From Oscillospiraceae bacterium (GTDB lineage Bacteria; Bacillota; Clostridia; Oscillospirales; JAGBHD01), in assembly GCA_045592865.1 (NCBI GenBank), contig JAZNVP010000069.1:1-51470 (forward strand): a stretch of 51,470 nucleotides of DNA, in the 5' to 3' direction. This document shows, in pieces, positions 8,843-20,331 of this stretch. Both the position numbers and the translations under genes were made by a program. Under the pieces are notes generated by a model. It did not search any database. It was not told where the DNA came from and was given only the letters and a program-made list of their open reading frames with translations. Numbering within the stretch: the stretch's first letter is position 1; each line of letters starts with the position of its first letter.

Positions 8843-9208
8843 ATGCAGTTAAGGGTAGTTGTTGCAGGGTGCAGGAATTATAATAATTATGAGGAAGCAA
8901 AAGCGTATATTGACGTTTTGCTTTCGTTGGTTAGAAAAGGAAATGAGATAATAATTGTTTCGGGCGGTGCCACCGGCGCCGATGCGTTAGGGGAACGATA
9001 TGCCGAAGAAAACGGCTTATCTGTTGAAAGATATCCTGCTGATTGGGATAGATACGGCAGAAGAGCAGGGCCCATAAGAAATAAACAAATGGCAGAGGTG
9101 TGCGATTTTGTGGTTTGTTTTTGGGACGGGAAAAGCAGAGGCACAAAATCTATGATAGAGTATGCAAAACAGGCAAAAAAGCCCCTGAGGGTAATAAGCA
9201 TAAAGTAA
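8843..9208 (+). CDS. SLOG-superfamily protein (DUF2493-like)
   Basis: 121 aa. VVVAGCRNY..., IIIVSGGATGADALGERYA, and PADWDRYGRRAGPIRNKQM match the DUF2493 pattern (GGAxGAD ... PADW..yG..AGp.RN). Confidence 0.75.
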   Translation: MQLRVVVAGCRNYNNYEEAKAYIDVLLSLVRKGNEIIIVSGGATGADALGERYAEENGLSVERYPADWDRYGRRAGPIRNKQMAEVCDFVVCFWDGKSRGTKSMIEYAKQAKKPLRVISIK

Positions 9209-9244
9209 AAAACTGTGTGGAAATCTACTTCCACACAGTTTTTG
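9207..9244. terminator. Bidirectional intrinsic terminator
   Basis: 12-bp stem AACTGTGTGGAA / TTCCACACAGTT with flanking A- and T-runs. Confidence 0.8.
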
Positions 9245-9246
9245 TA

Positions 9247-9480
9247 TTACGCTATTATTCCCTCTATGATTGAAACTAAGCCGAAAAGGGCGGAGGACGA
9301 AACGAGAAGATAGAGAATTATCTCAAGGGTCTTGAGAAGTCTTTCAACCTTCGGCATAATCTCGCCGACTTCCTTTTCACCGTTTCTTTTTAACAGGCGG
9401 CGTGACAAGAGAAAACACACACCCGCGCTGCCGGATAAAACAAGACAGAGAACGGAAAGAACGATCTTTAAAATATGCAT
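9247..9480 (-). CDS. Small two-TM membrane protein, distal gene of the dnaK operon
   Basis: 77-aa ORF with two hydrophobic segments. It starts 5 nt downstream of the dnaJ stop. No family was recognised. Confidence 0.5.
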   Translation of the reverse strand: MHILKIVLSVLCLVLSGSAGVCFLLSRRLLKRNGEKEVGEIMPKVERLLKTLEIILYLLVSSSALFGLVSIIEGIIA

Positions 9481-9484
9481 AGCC

Positions 9485-10648
9485 TTATTTCTTATCCTTT
9501 AGTTTATCGAAAAAGCTTTTGCGCTTTTCGTAGTGAGAAGAGTCCTTGTTTATAAGACTGTCGAAACTTTTAATGGCTTCCTTTTGCGCCTTATTCAGTT
9601 TCTGCGGAATTTCAACGTTGACCTTAACGTATTGGTCGCCTCTTCCTCTTCCCGAGAGTTCCTGAACACCCTTTCCTTTAAGTCGGAATGTGGTGCCCGT
9701 CTGGGTTCCTTCGGGAATGGTGTATTTAACCTGACCGTCGATGGTGGGAACGGTAATCTCGTCGCCGAGAGCTGCCTGGCTGAAGGTTATCGGAATTTCG
9801 GTGTATATGTTGTATCCGTCGCGAACGAAAACAGGGTCGGGACGAACGCCAACCGTAACGTAAAGGTCCCCTGCAGGTCCGCCGTTTATTCCTGCGTCGC
9901 CATAGTTCCTTAACGGAATGGTCTGATTGTTATCAATACCTGCGGGAATGTTTATCTCGATACGGCTCTTTTTGTGGACCCTACCGTCGCCGCGGCAACG
10001 AGAGCAAACCTTTTCAACGATCTTTCCCTTACCCTGACAACGAGAGCAGGGTGCGGTCGTTGCGATATTTCCGAACGCGGTCCTTGTTGCTCTGCGGACG
10101 TATCCCGAGCCGCTGCAGTCGGGACAGGTGTTAACGCTTGAACCCTTTTCTGCGCCCGAACCGTTACAGTCGGGGCAGGTGGAAAGGTGTCCTACCTCGA
10201 TATCCTTTTTAGTGCCCTTGCAGGCTTCCTGGAAGGATATCATAATACGTGCGCGAACGTTCTCTCCTCTTTGGGGAGCGTTAGGGTTCTGCCCTCTCGA
10301 GCCGCCGAAGCCGCCGAAGCCGCCGCCGAACAGATCACTGAAAATGCCGCCGAGGTCGCCCATATCAAAGCCGCCGCCGAAACCGCCGAAGCCACCGCCG
10401 CCACCTGCGTTAAAGTTGGGGTCGATACCTGCGTGGCCGAACTGATCGTAACGCGCCTTTTTCTGCGGATCGGAGAGAACCTCGTATGCCTCGCCAACCT
10501 CTTTGAAGTGCGCCTCAGCATCCTTGTCGCCGGGGTTTAAGTCGGGGTGGTATTTTTTCGCAAGGCGTCGGTATGCCTTTTTTATATCTTCATCGGAACT
10601 CGATTTATCAACGCCGAGAACCTCGTATAAATCTCTTTTTTCTGCCAA
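9485..10648 (-). CDS. dnaJ: Molecular chaperone DnaJ
   Basis: J domain DLYEVLGV...[19 protein letters not shown], a G/F-rich linker, and four CxxCxGxG zinc motifs. The likely start is TTG at 10648 ([12 protein letters not shown]) after AAAGGGG, although the ORF is open to 10702. Confidence 0.95.
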   Translation of the reverse strand: MAEKRDLYEVLGVDKSSSDEDIKKAYRRLAKKYHPDLNPGDKDAEAHFKEVGEAYEVLSDPQKKARYDQFGHAGIDPNFNAGGGGGFGGFGGGFDMGDLGGIFSDLFGGGFGGFGGSRGQNPNAPQRGENVRARIMISFQEACKGTKKDIEVGHLSTCPDCNGSGAEKGSSVNTCPDCSGSGYVRRATRTAFGNIATTAPCSRCQGKGKIVEKVCSRCRGDGRVHKKSRIEINIPAGIDNNQTIPLRNYGDAGINGGPAGDLYVTVGVRPDPVFVRDGYNIYTEIPITFSQAALGDEITVPTIDGQVKYTIPEGTQTGTTFRLKGKGVQELSGRGRGDQYVKVNVEIPQKLNKAQKEAIKSFDSLINKDSSHYEKRKSFFDKLKDKK

Positions 10649-10710
10649 AATGATACCCCTTTTATCACAGAATTTTGTCTGCGGCAGTTTTGCCGCAGAC
10701 ATTAAATTTC

Positions 10711-12576
<1,866 letters not shown>

Positions 12577-12583
12577 TTATATA

Positions 12584-13081
12584 TTAAGAGTTCGCCACTT
12601 TTACCATGGCGGGTCTTATTACCTTGTCTCCGTGCTTGTATCCCTTCCCCAGAACCGCGCTAACGGTGTTTTCACCGAATTCTTCGTTCTCCTCGGTCAT
12701 AACCGCGTTATGAAGCGTGGGGTCGAATTCTTCGCCCAAGGGGTTTATTTCCTCAACGCCGAGTGAAGAGAAAGCCGAGTTGAAACTGCCGAGCGTGAGA
12801 ACAATGCCCTTTTTGTATTCCTCGTCGGAACACTCCTGCGCGGCGGCTAATTCAAGCGTATCCTTAACTGTTAAAAGGTTCTTAACAACAAAGACGGTTG
12901 CGTCACCGTAGATCTGTTGTTTTTCCTTTTCGGTTCGTTTTTTGAAGTTGGTGAATTCTGCAAGAAGCCTTAAATATGAATCGTTAAGAGCGTCGAATTC
13001 GGTTTTGAGAACCGTTTCGGGAGCGGTTTCTGCCACTACTTCCTCTTCTTCTAAAGGCTTCGTTTTTTTCTTTTCTGCCAT
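12584..13081 (-). CDS. grpE: Nucleotide exchange factor GrpE
   Basis: 165 aa with YLRLLAEFTNFKKRTEKEK. It sits between hrcA and dnaK. Confidence 0.93.
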   Translation of the reverse strand: MAEKKKTKPLEEEEVVAETAPETVLKTEFDALNDSYLRLLAEFTNFKKRTEKEKQQIYGDATVFVVKNLLTVKDTLELAAAQECSDEEYKKGIVLTLGSFNSAFSSLGVEEINPLGEEFDPTLHNAVMTEENEEFGENTVSAVLGKGYKHGDKVIRPAMVKVANS

Positions 13082-13093
13082 TTCTATGCTCCT

Positions 13094-14116
13094 TTATTTT
13101 GACTTTCTGTTGTCGCTATAATAATTTGAAAGGGTCTTTGCAAAGTATTCAAGACAGGGAATAAGCTTTGCGTAGTTCGTTCTGACGGGCCCGATAAGGC
13201 CTATCGCTCCGCATGAAGCGCCGATATTATAATGTGTAAGAATAAGGCTCAAGGGAGAGAGATCGTCGTATAAAAACTCGTTTCCGAGAATGATTTCGGT
13301 TTTTCCTGTTTCTGAACCGATAAGAGAAGAAAGTTCGCCGTTCTGGGCGAGTTGCTTTAAACGTCTAAGCCCGTTTTTGCCGACAGCACCGCCTGCAAGA
13401 AGGTTCGCTTCGCCTTCTATGAACAGTTTTTCCTCGAAGATTCCTTTGCATATTTCGAGAATCGAGAAGAGGAGAGGAGAAAGAGAGAGTCCCGAGGGTC
13501 CCATCTTGACTGCGACCGACTGAATGAGAGAAACCGAAACACTATGAAGCGCGGTTTTGGAAAGTTCTCTGTTAACCGACCTTTTGAAAAGGTCAAGGTC
13601 CTCGTCTGAAACGGGATAGTTTATAGAACAGAGTTTGCTTTTAGCCTCTCCCGAGCTCGTTATCAGAACAACAACGAACATATTCTCCGAAGCTCTGACG
13701 ACCTCGATCTTATCAATTCTGCTTTCTTCCGAGGGCACCGTTCTTCCAACAACGGCGCAACCGAGTTTATCTGCAAGGCGATCCCCTGCCTTAACGATAA
13801 ATCTTTCGGGGTCGCTTTCTGCATCGGAAAAGATAGAATCTATCTCGTTCTTTTCTCTGTCATGCAGTTCGTAAGGTGTCATAAGATTATCAATATAATA
13901 ACGGATGCCCCGCGAGGTTGGAACCCTGCCTGCCGAGGTGTGAGGCTGACCGATAAGTCCAAACTCGGTGAGATAAGCCATCTCGTTACGAATGGTGGCA
14001 GAGGAGACCGAGTTGGAAAACAGTTCGGCTAAACTTTTCGAACCGACCGGTTCGCCGGTGTTTATATAGCTTTCAACAATAGAAAAGAATATGCGTTTTT
14101 TTCTTTCGTCAAGCAC
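13094..14116 (-). CDS. hrcA: Heat-inducible transcription repressor HrcA
   Basis: GTG start. The N-terminal winged helix is ERKKRIFFSIVESYINTGEPVGSKSLA. It is the first gene of the dnaK operon, with CIRCE upstream. Confidence 0.95.
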   Translation of the reverse strand: MLDERKKRIFFSIVESYINTGEPVGSKSLAELFSNSVSSATIRNEMAYLTEFGLIGQPHTSAGRVPTSRGIRYYIDNLMTPYELHDREKNEIDSIFSDAESDPERFIVKAGDRLADKLGCAVVGRTVPSEESRIDKIEVVRASENMFVVVLITSSGEAKSKLCSINYPVSDEDLDLFKRSVNRELSKTALHSVSVSLIQSVAVKMGPSGLSLSPLLFSILEICKGIFEEKLFIEGEANLLAGGAVGKNGLRRLKQLAQNGELSSLIGSETGKTEIILGNEFLYDDLSPLSLILTHYNIGASCGAIGLIGPVRTNYAKLIPCLEYFAKTLSNYYSDNRKSK

Positions 14117-14140
14117 TCGTCTTCGCCTCCCCCGTTAATT

Positions 14141-14167
14141 TTAGCACTCTAACACGAAGAGTGCTAA
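14141..14167 (-). promoter_or_regulatory. CIRCE operator (HrcA binding site)
   Basis: TTAGCACTC-N9-GAGTGCTAA, a perfect match to the consensus, 25 nt upstream of hrcA. Confidence 0.95.
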
Positions 14168-14176
14168 CTGATTATT

Positions 14177-14204
14177 ATTCTACTCTTTTTTTTCGGTTTG
14201 TCAA
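14177..14204 (-). promoter_or_regulatory. Sigma-A type promoter of the hrcA operon
   Basis: On the minus strand: TTGACA, 16 nt, TAGAAT, immediately upstream of CIRCE. Confidence 0.6.
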
Positions 14205-14271
14205 TAGATTTTTTATATCTTTTCAAAATGATATTGTTGTGATATACTTATTTTAAAAGTAAACTAAGGCG

Positions 14272-14937
14272 GTGATAAAAGTGAAGGCTCTTCTTGATAA
14301 GAGGCTCGGCGCAGTTTCGGGCTTTATAAAGGGTGACGTTTTGGTGGACGTGGGCACCGACCACGCAAAGCTCCCCGTCAGACTTTGCCTTGAAAACAAA
14401 ATAAAAAGGGCCTTTGCTACCGATATAAATAAAGGGCCCTTGGCATTTGCAGATGCGCTTATTTCTGAAAACGGGCTTGAGGACCGAATAAAAACGGTGC
14501 TGACCAATGGACTGGTTGGAGTGGATCTTTCTGACGTTACCGATATATCGGTCTGCGGAATGGGCGGAGAACTTATTTCGGAAATTTTAGAGCAGAGTTT
14601 CTGTTTAGAGTATTCCCGAATAAACTTCGTGTTAAACCCAATGACGAGGGACTCGGAACTGAGAAAATATCTTTTCTCGAGAGGCTTTGAGATAAGAGAA
14701 GAAACCGCTGTGGTGCAGAGCGGCAAGGTTTATGCCGTTATTGCCGCTTCTTTTACGGGTAAGGTATATGAGCCGACGGAAACCGAACTTATGATAGGAA
14801 GCATAAGAGGAAAAAACGATGCCGAGAAAATGTATATAGAAAAGGCGCTCGGAAGGCTGAGAAAACAGTTAAAGGATAAAGAAAAAAGAGAAAAAAGCGA
14901 AATTATGATAAAAGAAATAGAGGAGATTTTAAAATGA
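14272..14937 (+). CDS. trmK: tRNA (adenine22-N1)-methyltransferase TrmK
   Basis: LDKRLGAVSGFI..VLVDVGTDHAKLP and VCGMGGELISEIL match the YqfN/TrmK family. The start is GTG at 14272 or 14281. Confidence 0.82.
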   Translation: MIKVKALLDKRLGAVSGFIKGDVLVDVGTDHAKLPVRLCLENKIKRAFATDINKGPLAFADALISENGLEDRIKTVLTNGLVGVDLSDVTDISVCGMGGELISEILEQSFCLEYSRINFVLNPMTRDSELRKYLFSRGFEIREETAVVQSGKVYAVIAASFTGKVYEPTETELMIGSIRGKNDAEKMYIEKALGRLRKQLKDKEKREKSEIMIKEIEEILK

Positions 14938-15671
14938 CGGTTAAAGAGGTTTATGATATTATAGGCAGTTTTGCTCCGTGGGAAACGGCGGCAGATTTCG
15001 ATAACGTCGGAATTCTTATCGGTTCGGGGAAAACCAAGATTAAAAAGGTTCTCGTTTGCCTCGACGTAACGCCCGACGTGGCGGCGGAAGCGGCGCAGAT
15101 AGGGGCTAATCTTATCGTATCGCACCATCCTTTAATTTTTGAGCCGCTCAGAAGCATTGATTTTGAGTCGGTCCCCGCGTTTTTAATAAAGAATAAAATA
15201 TCGCTTATCTCGGCGCATACCAACCTTGATCTTTCACCTATCGGAACAACGGCGCTTCTTTGCGATATGTTGGGACTCACTGTTACCGATTGCTCGGAGT
15301 TTTTATACGTTGGCGATCTCCCGAAAGAAATGAAGGGTGATGATTTTGCCGCAAAGGTCAAAAAACTGTTAAAGGTCAAGAATATAAGATACACCGAAAA
15401 GGATAAGGTTGGAAGGGTTGCAATCTGTGCAGGAAGCGGCTCTGAATATGTTAGCGCCGCAGCAGAGATGGGCGCCGATGCGCTCGTAACGGGTGACGTT
15501 AAGCATAACCGTTTTATCGAGGCAAGGGAAAAAGGTATAATGATAATCGATGCAGGACATTATGAAACCGAGAAGCCGATAACCTCGCGTCTGGGAGAGA
15601 TACTCAGAAAGATGCTTCCTTGCGAGGTAGTGGTTTCGGATGAGGATATAAGACCGTTCATTATAAAGTAG
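14934..15671 (+). CDS. Nif3-like dinuclear metal centre protein (YqfO family)
   Basis: ATGA overlap with trmK. Has NLIVSHHPLIF, ISAHTNLD and GHYETE motifs, and the conserved trmK-nif3 pairing. Confidence 0.85.
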   Translation: MTVKEVYDIIGSFAPWETAADFDNVGILIGSGKTKIKKVLVCLDVTPDVAAEAAQIGANLIVSHHPLIFEPLRSIDFESVPAFLIKNKISLISAHTNLDLSPIGTTALLCDMLGLTVTDCSEFLYVGDLPKEMKGDDFAAKVKKLLKVKNIRYTEKDKVGRVAICAGSGSEYVSAAAEMGADALVTGDVKHNRFIEAREKGIMIIDAGHYETEKPITSRLGEILRKMLPCEVVVSDEDIRPFIIK

Positions 15672-15681
15672 GGTGAAATAA

Positions 15682-17421
15682 ATGGCGCTGGACGGAATCT
15701 ATTTAAGATTTATAAAGAAGGAAATTGAAGAAAAGGCTCTCTTCGGGAAGGTCGATAAGATATATCAGCCTTCGGAAGACGAGATAGTTCTGACCTTGAG
15801 AGGAAGGTCGGACACTTTCCGTCTGCTCATAAACTGCGGCGGTAACTGTCAGAGGGTCTCTTTGGCGTCCGAAAAGCCCGACAACCCCCTGTCTCCGCCG
15901 ATGTTTTGTATGCTGATGCGCAAACATCTTTCGGGCGGAACCTTGAACAATGTGCGCCAGAATGGGCTCGATAGGGTTATAATGTTCGATTTTTCGTGTA
16001 TCGACGAGCTCGGCGAAAGGGTAAATCTTACCCTAACGGCAGAACTTATGGGCAGAAGCGCGAACATAATTCTCACAAGAGAAAACGGCGCCATTATAGA
16101 TGCCGTTCGCCGCGCGGATCTGACCGCCACCGAGGCGGGAAGATGCATTCTCCCCGGAATGAATTATTCTCTTCTTCCGAGAATGTCTAAGGTTGATATC
16201 ACCGAGGGAATCGGGGAAGAGCTGCTGTTAAAAATTAAAAACGCTCCTGATGAGCGACTTTCGGGAAGCATTCTCTCGTCGGTTGAGGGAATATCTCCCG
16301 CCGTCGCGAACGAGCTTTGCGTTCGCCTTTCGGGAGACGCCGATATGCTGAAAGACAATATGACCGAAAAGGATTGGGAAAGTCTTTCAGAGGAACTTTC
16401 TGCTATTAAAAACTCGATAGAAAAAGGAAAAACCGACTTTTATATATACTATAATGAAAACGGCGTTCCCAAAGATTTTTCGTATATCAAGTATTCGCTT
16501 CTTCCCGAAGGGTATACTGTTTCGGCGTTAAGCAGTGCCACCGAAACGCTTGAAACCTTTTTCAAGGAAAAGATAAAAAAAGAACGTGCCGCAAGTTTCA
16601 CTTCCGCCCTCTATAAAACCGTCAAGACCAAGACCGATAGGGTGAGAAGAAAGATCGGTGCGCAGAAAAAGGACCTCGAGGCGTGTGGGAAAAGGGAAGA
16701 ACTAAAACTTAAAGGCGAACTCATAACCGCCAATATCTACCGCATCTCGAAAGGGGATAATTCGGTTTTCGTAGAGAATTATTACGACGAAAATCTACCA
16801 ACAGTTGAAATTAAACTCGATAAAAGGCTTTCGCCGAGCCAAAACGCGCAGAAATATTACAAAGAGTATAATAAACTCGTAAAAGCTGAAGAGGTGTTAA
16901 CCGAGCTTATCGAGAAAAACCGCGAGGAGCTTTGCTATCTTGAGAGTGTGCTCGACGAGATTTCAAGGGCAGAGACCGAGGCAGAGGCGGTGCAGATAAG
17001 AGAAGAACTGACCGCCGCAGGAGTTTTGAGAGAAAACCGCAAGAAGAGAATGAAACTCCCCGAGAGCGATTTCAAGCGAAGCGAGTCTTCGGACGGGTTT
17101 CAGATACTTATCGGAAGGAACAATATCCAGAACGACCGCCTTACATTTAAGGTGGCGGAAGGAAAGGATATCTGGCTTCACGCGAAGGATATCCCCGGTT
17201 CGCACGTTATAATTCGGTCGGACGGCAGAGAGATAACGGACACCGCCATTTTTGAGGCGGCAACACTTGCCGCGGCGAATTCTTCGGGGCGCGAGGCGGG
17301 TAAGGTCGCGGTGGACTGGACCTTTAGAAAGTTTGTTAAGAAGCCGTCGGGGGCGGCGCCCGGCAGGGTTATCTACACCGATCAGACCACTCTTTTCGTT
17401 GATCCAAGGGGTAAAAAATGA
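15682..17421 (+). CDS. rqcH: NFACT-family ribosome quality control protein RqcH (FbpA-like)
   Basis: 579 aa. The N-terminus is MALDGIYLRFIKKEIE, followed by a coiled-coil middle and a C-terminal GRNNIQNDRLTFKVA..DIWLHAKDIPGSHVII block. Confidence 0.85.
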   Translation: MALDGIYLRFIKKEIEEKALFGKVDKIYQPSEDEIVLTLRGRSDTFRLLINCGGNCQRVSLASEKPDNPLSPPMFCMLMRKHLSGGTLNNVRQNGLDRVIMFDFSCIDELGERVNLTLTAELMGRSANIILTRENGAIIDAVRRADLTATEAGRCILPGMNYSLLPRMSKVDITEGIGEELLLKIKNAPDERLSGSILSSVEGISPAVANELCVRLSGDADMLKDNMTEKDWESLSEELSAIKNSIEKGKTDFYIYYNENGVPKDFSYIKYSLLPEGYTVSALSSATETLETFFKEKIKKERAASFTSALYKTVKTKTDRVRRKIGAQKKDLEACGKREELKLKGELITANIYRISKGDNSVFVENYYDENLPTVEIKLDKRLSPSQNAQKYYKEYNKLVKAEEVLTELIEKNREELCYLESVLDEISRAETEAEAVQIREELTAAGVLRENRKKRMKLPESDFKRSESSDGFQILIGRNNIQNDRLTFKVAEGKDIWLHAKDIPGSHVIIRSDGREITDTAIFEAATLAAANSSGREAGKVAVDWTFRKFVKKPSGAAPGRVIYTDQTTLFVDPRGKK

Positions 17422-18062
17422 ATAAAAATTATCAAAAATTGATGGAAAATGAGATAAAGTTAATAAAAAAATCGGGGCGCAAACCCACCCTTTTGTTGCA
17501 GGTTTGTTGCGCACCCTGTTCTTCGTCGGTTCTCGAAAAGCTTTGCGAATTTTTCGATATCACTCTCTTTTTCTATAACCCGAATATTTCTCCCGAAGAG
17601 GAATTCCTGAAAAGGTTCGAGGAACTGAAACGGCTCAACTCAGAGCTCGGAACCCCGGCGAACCTTATAAAAGGGGAATACGATCACCACCGCTTCCTTA
17701 AAATGAGCGAGGGACTCGAAAAAGAAGAAGAGGGCGGCGTTCGCTGCTTTCGATGCTATGAAATGCGGCTTCGCAAAACGGCAAGTCTTGCGCGGCGCGA
17801 GGGGTATGATTATTTCACCACCACGTTATCGGTGAGCCCTTATAAGAATGCAGAGAAGTTAAACGAGATAGGAGAGCGCCTTGCGGGTGAATACGGCGTG
17901 GCGTATCTCTATTCCGACTTTAAGAAAAAAGAGGGATATAAGCGCTCTATCGAGCTTTCGAAGGAGCATTCTTTATACCGTCAGGACTACTGCGGCTGCG
18001 CGTTTTCTAAAATGCAGGCAGAAAAAAAGCGGCAGGAAAACCTGCCGCCTTCAGAAAGGTAA
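17418..18062 (+). CDS. queH: Epoxyqueuosine reductase QueH (DUF208)
   Basis: LLLQVCCAPCSS and RCxxCYxxRL motifs. ATGA overlap with rqcH. Confidence 0.85.
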   Translation: MNKNYQKLMENEIKLIKKSGRKPTLLLQVCCAPCSSSVLEKLCEFFDITLFFYNPNISPEEEFLKRFEELKRLNSELGTPANLIKGEYDHHRFLKMSEGLEKEEEGGVRCFRCYEMRLRKTASLARREGYDYFTTTLSVSPYKNAEKLNEIGERLAGEYGVAYLYSDFKKKEGYKRSIELSKEHSLYRQDYCGCAFSKMQAEKKRQENLPPSER

Positions 18063-18066
18063 CTCT

Positions 18067-18642
18067 TTATTTTATGATATCGCCGTAAACCACACCTGCA
18101 ATACCTGCAGCGTTGGATTCGTCGGTATCGATATGCATAGCGGGTGCAAAGTTAGGATTAACTCTGACTGCAACGTCGCCGAAAACGAGGCTTCTGCCAT
18201 CGGTTTCAACCTTAACAGAAACGGTTTCGCCATCCGAAACGCCGAACTTTTCAGCCGAAGCGGGATCGAGGTGAATATGTCTCTTAGCGGCGATAACGCC
18301 TTCAGAAATCTCAATCTCACCCATAGGTCCTACGATCTTGCAGGGAGCGCTTCCCTTAACGTCGCCCGACTCGCGAATGGGAGCCGAAACACCGATGCTA
18401 CGAGCATCTGTCAAAGAAATTTCAACCTGGGTTGCTTTTCTTGTGGGTCCGAGAATGGAAACTCCCGAAAGGGTTCTCTTGGGTCCAACGATATCAACGC
18501 GCTCGCAAGCGGCATACTGACCGGGCTGAGAAAGATCTTTTTTAGGTGTTAAGGTTGCACCTTTTCCGAAAAGGATCTCAAGCGCTTCTTCGGTGATATG
18601 AACGTGTCTTGCAGAGGTTTCAATTAAAATTTTGTTTTCCAT
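18067..18642 (-). CDS. pduL: Phosphate propanoyl/acetyl-transferase PduL
   Basis: Duplicated PduL motif: ETSARHVHIT ... GPKRTLSGVSILGP ... IAAKRHIHLD ... VRVNPNFAPAMHIDTDESNA. Confidence 0.85.
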   Translation of the reverse strand: MENKILIETSARHVHITEEALEILFGKGATLTPKKDLSQPGQYAACERVDIVGPKRTLSGVSILGPTRKATQVEISLTDARSIGVSAPIRESGDVKGSAPCKIVGPMGEIEISEGVIAAKRHIHLDPASAEKFGVSDGETVSVKVETDGRSLVFGDVAVRVNPNFAPAMHIDTDESNAAGIAGVVYGDIIK

Positions 18643-18766
18643 TTCAAAAATCTCCTTATAAAAATTATTCCATTAACATTTTATAACAAACAACTCCATT
18701 TTTCAATAGCAGAAAATTGAAAAATGGAGAAATATATGATAAAATTACAAAAAAGGCGGTGAAAAA

Positions 18767-19336
18767 ATGAGCACAGAACTTGAAATGCTTAAATCGGAGT
18801 GCGCCAATTGTGAAAAGTGCGGACTTTCCAAGTCAAGAATTAACGTTGTTTTCGGAACGGGGGTTCCGTCTTCTAAGGTGATGCTCATCGGCGAGGCGCC
18901 CGGAGAAAACGAGGATAAAGAGGGAGAGCCATTTGTTGGCGCGGCAGGAAAACTTCTTGACCGTCTCTTAGAGGAAGCGGGATTTTCGAGAAAAAAGAAC
19001 GTTTATATCGCAAACATCTTAAAATGCCGTCCGCCCTATAACCGCGACCCCGAAGACGCGGAGATAAAGAGTTGCGAAAACTATCTCCATAAGCAGATAG
19101 AACTCATTTCGCCGAAGGTTATCGTGCTTGTCGGAAGGATATCGGCTATCCATTTTCTCGGGGAAGACTTCAGAATGACCCGTCAGCACGGTAACGGATA
19201 TTATAAAGACGGGGTTATCTATTTTCCTGTTTTCCACCCCGCCGCAATACTTCGAAATATGAACCTTTTGCCCGAAGCCAAGAAAGATTTTCGGGCGCTC
19301 AGAACGATAATAGATGAATTAGGAAAGAGAAACTGA
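18767..19336 (+). CDS. Uracil-DNA glycosylase, family 4
   Basis: Fe-S Cys cluster CxxCxxC near the N-terminus, GEAPGENEDKEGEPFVGAAGKLL, and HPAAILRN. Confidence 0.9.
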   Translation: MSTELEMLKSECANCEKCGLSKSRINVVFGTGVPSSKVMLIGEAPGENEDKEGEPFVGAAGKLLDRLLEEAGFSRKKNVYIANILKCRPPYNRDPEDAEIKSCENYLHKQIELISPKVIVLVGRISAIHFLGEDFRMTRQHGNGYYKDGVIYFPVFHPAAILRNMNLLPEAKKDFRALRTIIDELGKRN

Positions 19337-20331
19337 TGAATAAGCAGCATTTAAGCACCTGTCCTGAATATTTAAAGAATTTTCTTTTTTATATGGAAAC
19401 CATTCTCAACCGTTCGCCCAAAACGGTTGAGGCTTATTACGTTGATTTAAAGTTATACCTCAGATTTCTTTACTGCAAGAATACGGGCGCGGATATGGAA
19501 AAGGACGATATCGACGTTTCGAATATGCCGATAGATTACGTTAAAAACGCTAAACTTGCCGATATATATGAATATCTTCATTACGTTTCGTCGGAGAGAA
19601 GCAATAACGCGAAAACGAGGGCGAGAAAGGCTTCCTCGCTCCGCCGATTTTATAAATACTGCACCGTTAAGGCAGGTCTTTTTGAGGACGACCCGACCAA
19701 AGAACTCGAAATACCGACCCTTAAAAAGAGTCTTCCGAAGTATTTAACGCTCGAGGAGAGTTACGAGGTGCTTCATAACGTTTCAACGAGTGAGCCCGAG
19801 AGAGATTTCTGCATGATGGTGCTTTTCTTGAGTTGCGGAATGCGCCTTTCCGAGCTTGTAGGAATTAATCTTTCGGATATAAGAAGAGGTCCCGAGGGGG
19901 TCAGCCTTCGCCTTTTAGGTAAGGGACATAAGGAGAGAATAGTTTATCTTAACGATGCCTGCGCCCAGGCGATCGACCGTTATTTAGAGGTTCGGGCTCG
20001 TGGCAAAAAGGAGATAAAGGATAAAAACGCCTTGTTTTTGGGCCGTTTCGGAACCAGAATAACGGGAAGAAGGGTTGAACAGATAACCGAAGAAATCCTT
20101 AAGTCCTGCGGCCTTGGGCATAGAGGACTTTCGCCTCATAAGCTTCGCCACACCGCTGCAACAATGCTTTACCAGCACTCAAACGTTGACATTTTAGTGC
20201 TCAAGGAGCTTTTGGGTCACGCCAACGTTGGAACCACGGAAATATACACCCACCTTTCCAACAAGGAACTCAAAAAGGCGGCGGACGCATCGCCCTTTGC
20301 TTCGGCAAAGCCTAAGAAGGAGAAAAACTGA
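19336..20331 (+). CDS. Tyrosine recombinase, XerC/XerD family
   Basis: N-terminal SAM-like domain. Catalytic region has GMRLSEL, LGKGHKERIVYL, HKLRHTAAT, LLGHANVGTTEIYTH. TGATG overlap with the udg stop. Confidence 0.85.
   Translation: MNKQHLSTCPEYLKNFLFYMETILNRSPKTVEAYYVDLKLYLRFLYCKNTGADMEKDDIDVSNMPIDYVKNAKLADIYEYLHYVSSERSNNAKTRARKASSLRRFYKYCTVKAGLFEDDPTKELEIPTLKKSLPKYLTLEESYEVLHNVSTSEPERDFCMMVLFLSCGMRLSELVGINLSDIRRGPEGVSLRLLGKGHKERIVYLNDACAQAIDRYLEVRARGKKEIKDKNALFLGRFGTRITGRRVEQITEEILKSCGLGHRGLSPHKLRHTAATMLYQHSNVDILVLKELLGHANVGTTEIYTHLSNKELKKAADASPFASAKPKKEKN

Noticed and set aside
10128-10540. Plus-strand ORFs encoding proline/alanine-rich peptides ([11 protein letters not shown]..., [10 protein letters not shown]...).
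   Set aside because: They are antisense to the Gly/Phe-rich linker of dnaJ. The GGC/GCC codon repetition keeps the opposite strand open. There is no RBS, and dnaJ is unambiguous.
17881-18552. 223-aa plus-strand ORF overlapping queH and running antisense through pduL.
   Set aside because: It has no recognisable domains and no RBS. It is fully explained as a shadow ORF of the strongly supported pduL gene on the minus strand.
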